Shown here one piece after another: positions 59,772-64,000 of a stretch of 64,000 bases of DNA. The notes beneath the pieces are model-generated. The model was not told where the DNA came from and ran no database searches. It saw only the letters and a program-made list of their open reading frames with translations. The position numbers and the translations under genes are program-made. This stretch comes from an uncultured bacterium. Lineage in GTDB: Bacteria > Patescibacteriota > Minisyncoccia > Phycocordibacterales > CAIRYW01. How positions within the stretch are numbered: position 1 is the stretch's first letter; each line of letters begins with the position of its first letter. Location: positions 464,606 to 528,605 of the forward strand of contig CAVYBO010000002.1 in the NCBI GenBank assembly GCA_963766885.1, given 5' to 3'.

Positions 59772-60467
59772 TTGTACAATTACCATATGTTTAAATTTTT
59801 TGCACTGGTTCTAGCTTCAATAACTGCGTTCTGGGGAAGTCTTTTTGGATTGCATGAAACAACAACCATTCCCGCAGAAACAACTCCCGAAATTCAAACC
59901 AATATGCCGTCTGTTCCGCCTATACTAAATAATAGAATTATTGGAATAGTAAAAAAAGTTAGCGGAGACATTATTACAGTCTCGGGTAAATACCAATCAG
60001 CCACTGCTACAAGCACATATAATGTAAATGCTAAAGAAGCAAAAATAATAAAAACCTCAACAGGTTCTCCGATTTCCGTTACTGAAGTCAAAATTGGAGA
60101 CACTTTATCTATAAGCGGCACGTTATCGGGAACATCTATGCAGGCAAGTATTATTTTTGACGGAAAGATTCCTGTTCCAGTTATAACCAGTAAAGCAAGC
60201 GTCAGCGCCAAAGAACAAAGCCATTTGCAAGGAGTCAGAGGAACCGTAACTTCAATCGCCGCCAGTGTTATTAATATAAATGTTCCTGGCTATGCAGGCC
60301 AATCTTCTGAATATACCGTAAACGCCAGTCAAGCTACAATCAGAAATGTTTCTAAGCCTAATGCGACTTTGTCAGATATTTCAGTTGGCGATATTGTAAT
60401 TGTCCAAGGAGTTTTTAATGGAAATTCCATCACAGCACAGATAATAATTGATGGGCTGCCAAAATAG
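59772..60467 (+). CDS. secreted hypothetical protein with an internal duplicated domain
   Basis: 231 aa with a signal peptide (FFALVLASITAFWGSLFG). Two homologous halves are present (KIGDTLSISGTLSGTSMQASIIFDG and SVGDIVIVQGVFNGNSITAQIIIDG). Confidence 0.4.
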   Translation: MYNYHMFKFFALVLASITAFWGSLFGLHETTTIPAETTPEIQTNMPSVPPILNNRIIGIVKKVSGDIITVSGKYQSATATSTYNVNAKEAKIIKTSTGSPISVTEVKIGDTLSISGTLSGTSMQASIIFDGKIPVPVITSKASVSAKEQSHLQGVRGTVTSIAASVININVPGYAGQSSEYTVNASQATIRNVSKPNATLSDISVGDIVIVQGVFNGNSITAQIIIDGLPK

Positions 60468-60505
60468 TTTCCTGTTCAGAATTAATATAATAATAAAAAT
60501 TTAAT

Positions 60506-60575
60506 TTGACTTTTTGTTTAAAATAGGATAGTATAGGGTTGCAAGTTCGCCGCGTGGCGGGCTTTTGTTTTTATA
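60506..60575 (+). promoter_or_regulatory. candidate promoter (TTGACT-N17-TAGTAT) followed by a leader hairpin and U-tract upstream of nusA
   Basis: TTGACT is at 60506-60511 and TAGTAT at 60529-60534. After the predicted start site, GCAAGTTCGCC pairs with GGCGGGCTTTTG and a run of Ts follows. Confidence 0.38.
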
Positions 60576-60596
60576 GAAAATCAATAAAATATAAAC

Positions 60597-61760
60597 ATGA
60601 TAGATCTAAAAGTAATAAATTCAGTCCTAGGACAACTAGAAGAAGAGCGAGGAATTCCAAAAGAGAAAGTTTTGGACGCTGTTGAAAACGCCCTAGCTAC
60701 TGCATACAAAAAAGAATACGGCAAAAAAGGCCAAATCATCCGCGCCAAGTTTGATATTAATTCCGGCAAAGTTGATTTCTTCCAAGTCAAAATCGTAGTT
60801 GATCCAAAGGATGTAATTATGGAAGACGATGAGGAAGCGGAGGATGAAGAAAGAATCCGATTCAACTCCGAGCATCATATGCTTATTGACGACGCTCAAA
60901 AAATAAAAAAAGGTGTCGTTGTTGACGATGAAATTGTTTTTCCTCTTGAATCCAAAAGTGACTTCGGCAGAATCGCCGCTCAAACAGCCAAGCAAGTAAT
61001 CATCCAAAAAATCCGCGAAGCGGAAAAAGTTTCGGTCTTCGGAGAATTCGGTGCCAAAGAAAATACCATTGTTCACGGCACAGTTCAAAGAATTGAGCGA
61101 GGAAATATTTATCTTGATATGGGACGCGCATCAGGAATTCTTCCTTATGAAGAACAAATTCCAGGCGAGCGATACAAGCAGGGCGAAAAAGTTCGCGCAC
61201 TTCTTACCAAAGTAGAAGAAAGTCCTCGCGGCGTGTTCCTCAGACTTTCTCGCGCACATCCAACTTTTCTTGAAAAACTTTTTGAACAAGAAGTTCCAGA
61301 AATTACTGCGGGCTCAGTAGAAATCCGAGCAATTGCAAGAGAAGCAGGCTCTCGTTCCAAGGTTGCAGTATTTTCCAAAGACACACACATTGATCCTGTT
61401 GGCTCAATGGTTGGTCAGCGTGGAGTTAGAGTTTCTACAGTAATGAGCGAACTCGGCGGAGAAAAAATAGACATCATTGAATGGTCAGACGATGCAAAAC
61501 TTTTTGTTGCTGACGCCCTCTCTCCTGCTCGCGTGGAAAGCGTGGAGATTGATACAGAAACAAACACAGCAACAGTTGAAGTTGCAGAAGATCAGCAATC
61601 TTTGGCAATCGGCAAAGGCGGACAAAACGTTCGCTTGGCCGCAAAGCTCACCGGTTTCCGAATCGACATCAAAGCTGTCAAAGGAAAAGTTGAAGCTGAA
61701 GAAGAAATCAAAGAAACTCCAGAGACCGAAGTCTCATCAGAAGAAACAAAAACTGAGTAA
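60597..61760 (+). CDS. nusA: transcription termination/antitermination factor NusA
   Basis: 387 aa with an N-terminal RNAP-binding domain, an S1 domain and two KH domains, followed by an acidic tail. Confidence 0.9.
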   Translation: MIDLKVINSVLGQLEEERGIPKEKVLDAVENALATAYKKEYGKKGQIIRAKFDINSGKVDFFQVKIVVDPKDVIMEDDEEAEDEERIRFNSEHHMLIDDAQKIKKGVVVDDEIVFPLESKSDFGRIAAQTAKQVIIQKIREAEKVSVFGEFGAKENTIVHGTVQRIERGNIYLDMGRASGILPYEEQIPGERYKQGEKVRALLTKVEESPRGVFLRLSRAHPTFLEKLFEQEVPEITAGSVEIRAIAREAGSRSKVAVFSKDTHIDPVGSMVGQRGVRVSTVMSELGGEKIDIIEWSDDAKLFVADALSPARVESVEIDTETNTATVEVAEDQQSLAIGKGGQNVRLAAKLTGFRIDIKAVKGKVEAEEEIKETPETEVSSEETKTE

Positions 61761-61994
61761 TTAAATAAAAATTAAATTTCCAAAATAAAAACCTAGAATC
61801 ACTCTAGGTTTTTATTTTGCTTAATAGATAATGATTTTATTATTATTGACTTTTTGCATAAAAAGTGCTATTATATAGAGATAAAAGAACCTTGATAGGA
61901 ATATTTTGGCTGTGTCTTTTAGAACATTTTGTGTTTTAAAAGATGCAGCCAACAACCAAACAACGGCCTGCAGAGATCCAACCAAACATAACTT

Positions 61995-62420
61995 ATGACC
62001 AAGACCACCACCAATGTAGCAGAGTACAATTACACCTATGTGGCAGTTTTATTTCTGCTAGGCATCATTGCTATTATCATCATGAATCACTGCATGCCCG
62101 CTGTCGAGAAAAAGCAGTACGAATCCATCTACACCGCCAACAAGCTCGGATGGGGAACTATTTTCTCCGAGCCTGAGGAAGTGACGACTGGCATGCTGGA
62201 TATAACCGACCGCACCGACGACTTCGGAATCATGAAGCTTGGTTTCCGGATCAACGACAACATGTACTCCGGCTTTATCAATCGAGCCATGCTCCCTAAA
62301 GCTGGCGACATGAATCCTCGTCAATGGAGAAACGGGGATGAAGTGTTTATTGTTTCTGTTCCAGTTGTCGGTTCAGACCAATCCACCTACTTCGTTATCA
62401 ACCACCGGCCACACAAATAG
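61995..62420 (+). CDS. hypothetical membrane-anchored protein
   Basis: 141-aa ORF with an N-terminal TM helix (YVAVLFLLGIIAIIIM). GC is about 48%. It is followed by a strong terminator. Confidence 0.35.
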   Translation: MTKTTTNVAEYNYTYVAVLFLLGIIAIIIMNHCMPAVEKKQYESIYTANKLGWGTIFSEPEEVTTGMLDITDRTDDFGIMKLGFRINDNMYSGFINRAMLPKAGDMNPRQWRNGDEVFIVSVPVVGSDQSTYFVINHRPHK

Positions 62421-62468
62421 CAGTACTTCCTGCTCGGTGAAAATCCGTGGGTCCTATCCCCTAAAAAC

Positions 62469-62506
62469 AACCGCGCAAGATTCGTTCTGCGCGGTTTAAC
62501 TTTTTT
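62469..62506 (+). terminator. intrinsic terminator
   Basis: Hairpin AACCGCGCA-GATTCGTTC-TGCGCGGTT followed by TAACTTTTTT. Confidence 0.55.
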
Positions 62507-62551
62507 ATATTTTCTTTTTGATTTTTGAGGCTATTTTAGTATCATAGAGCA

Positions 62552-63481
62552 ATGATAAAAGTCTTTGGTCATATTTCGCCCGACACAGATTCAGCAGGAA
62601 GCGCTATTTTGTGGGCTTGGTATTTAAATACTCACACTTCTCTTGAAGCCGTACCTTTTGTTTTGGGGACACTCAACAAAGAAACATCTTTTGTTTTAAA
62701 AACTTGGAGTGTTCCAGAACCTGAACTTCTTGAAAAAGTAGAAGCTGGAGAACAAGTTGTTATTGTGGACACCAACAACCCTCAAGAACTTTTTCCAAAC
62801 ATTCTTGAAGCAAATATCCTACAAGTTATCGATCACCACAGACTAGCTGGAGAACTTTCAACCAAAAGACCAATTGAAATGACACTTCGGCCTTTTGCTT
62901 CCACTGCCACGGTAATTTACAGTCTGATAGAAAACCACATTGATACTTTGCCAAAAGAGATGGCAGGAATTTTGATTTCTTGTATTCTCTCCGACACACT
63001 GGCGTTTCGTTCTCCAACCACAAATCCGCACGACAGAAATATTGTAGAAAAACTTGCGGCCAAAATCGGCTTGGATATTAATTCCTACGCAGATCTAATG
63101 TTTGCTGCAAAATCTGATGTTTCAGATTATACCGACACAGGACTTATTCATCTGGATAGCAAAAAAACACTCGTGGGCGACAAAAACATCCGCATTTCTG
63201 TGGTTGAAACAACAAATCCAAAATCAATTCTTGACCGCAAAGACAATATTATTACTGCTATCAAAGAAATTCTTGCAAAAGAAAGCGATGTTGATGACGT
63301 ACTTTTTTTTGTAGTTGATATACTTAAGGAAGAATCAACGGTGTTTACATACAACCAATTTACCAAAGATATTGTTTCCGCATCGTTTGGTGTTGATACA
63401 AAATCAGATACAGAAACTTTGCCGGGTATTGTGTCCCGTAAAAAGCAAATTCTTCCAGCTTTGCAATTGCCCAAAAACTAA
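62552..63481 (+). CDS. ppaC: manganese-dependent inorganic pyrophosphatase (family II, DHH)
   Basis: 309 aa with DHH motifs (HISPDTDSAGSA, VIDHHR) and a DHHA2-like C-terminus. Confidence 0.78.
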   Translation: MIKVFGHISPDTDSAGSAILWAWYLNTHTSLEAVPFVLGTLNKETSFVLKTWSVPEPELLEKVEAGEQVVIVDTNNPQELFPNILEANILQVIDHHRLAGELSTKRPIEMTLRPFASTATVIYSLIENHIDTLPKEMAGILISCILSDTLAFRSPTTNPHDRNIVEKLAAKIGLDINSYADLMFAAKSDVSDYTDTGLIHLDSKKTLVGDKNIRISVVETTNPKSILDRKDNIITAIKEILAKESDVDDVLFFVVDILKEESTVFTYNQFTKDIVSASFGVDTKSDTETLPGIVSRKKQILPALQLPKN

Positions 63482-63499
63482 AATAAATTTAATAAATAA

Positions 63500-63718
63500 A
63501 TGGATAGCGAAACACAAAAAGAAAAACCAGAAGAATCTACAAAAGAAGGTGTCGGCCCAGTTGTCGGTACGGCCATAATAATTCTTGTCCTTTTGGCAGG
63601 AGCATATTATTTCTATACTCAAGAAGAACAAATTCAGAAAATCAAAGCAAGCTACAGACCAGAATCAACAACCAGTTTGGCAGCAAGCGCTGAAGCCAAT
63701 CTAACTGAGCAAAAATAA
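63500..63718 (+). CDS. small membrane protein
   Basis: 72-aa ORF with an acidic N-terminus and one TM helix (VVGTAIIILVLLAGAYYFY). Confidence 0.3.
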   Translation: MDSETQKEKPEESTKEGVGPVVGTAIIILVLLAGAYYFYTQEEQIQKIKASYRPESTTSLAASAEANLTEQK

Positions 63719-63793
63719 TTGTTTCTTTTATTGGCTGCATAGTTTCTTTTTTTAAAAAATTGTGTAATATGTCTAGACTTAATTAAAAAGCCT

Positions 63794-64000
63794 ATGACAA
63801 AAATCATTTCAATAACACCGCAACCAAAGTCTTCTCTGGAAATAAAACTGGAAATAGAAGCTTTTCAAATTACAGCAAAAAGACCCTCTGTTTTGAAAAG
63901 CCTAGGCCAAGACATTAAACTGGACGGCTTTCGACCAGGCAAAGTGCCTGAAGACGTTATCGTCAAAAAAGTCGGTGAAACAGCAATTTATGAAGAAGCT
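63794..64000 (+). CDS. tig: trigger factor. Only the N-terminal ribosome-binding domain lies in the window.
   Basis: MTKIISITPQPKSSLEIKLEI...GFRPGKVPEDVIVKKVG contains the trigger-factor signature GFRPGKVP. It runs off the window end. Confidence 0.7.
   Translation, partial: MTKIISITPQPKSSLEIKLEIEAFQITAKRPSVLKSLGQDIKLDGFRPGKVPEDVIVKKVGETAIYEEA

Overview
This 64-kb window has about 38% GC, no L30 gene in the ribosomal cluster, type IV pilus genes, many giant secreted proteins and a diversity-generating retroelement (DGR). Together this looks like a small-genome, Patescibacteria/CPR-like bacterium; that assignment is inference. No rRNA, tRNA or CRISPR array was found.

Contents in order:
- a RelE/ParE-RHH toxin-antitoxin pair and ndk;
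- a large HerA/DUF87-type ATPase;
- the S10-spc ribosomal protein cluster on the minus strand (tuf, rpsJ ... rplO, secY, adk, map), interrupted by an unexplained GC-rich 0.55-kb insertion between rpsN and rplE;
- a GC-rich (~50%) putative horizontally acquired island, 19.3-22.9 kb, encoding a prephenate dehydratase/dehydrogenase-like fusion protein;
- a 968-aa surface protein with a C-terminal RlpA-like (double-psi beta-barrel, DPBB) domain;
- fusA, separated from rpsL-rpsG by an insertion of small genes, including a retropepsin-like protease pair and small ORFs;
- rpmB, superoxide dismutase (SOD) and an M50 protease;
- a co-directional block comEC, rnhA, recJ, DGR, pgk, tpiA;
- a type IV pilus module: pilB, pilC, three prepilins and a 681-aa Ser/Thr-rich protein;
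- an array of giant secreted proteins, including a 1152-aa Cys-rich protein built from near-identical 456-bp tandem repeats;
- nusA, a family-II pyrophosphatase and the start of trigger factor.

The standout feature is a complete DGR at 38.4-41.1 kb. It has a reverse transcriptase with the DGR-type IGNxxSQ motif, an Avd accessory gene on the opposite strand, and a 115-bp TR/VR pair differing at 18 positions, every one at a TR adenine. The variable repeat (VR) forms the C-terminal codons of a GC-rich target gene. A perfect (CT)15 microsatellite sits inside the RT reading frame.

There are also two probable frameshifts. One is in tuf, probably a sequencing error. The other joins two giant surface-protein ORFs.
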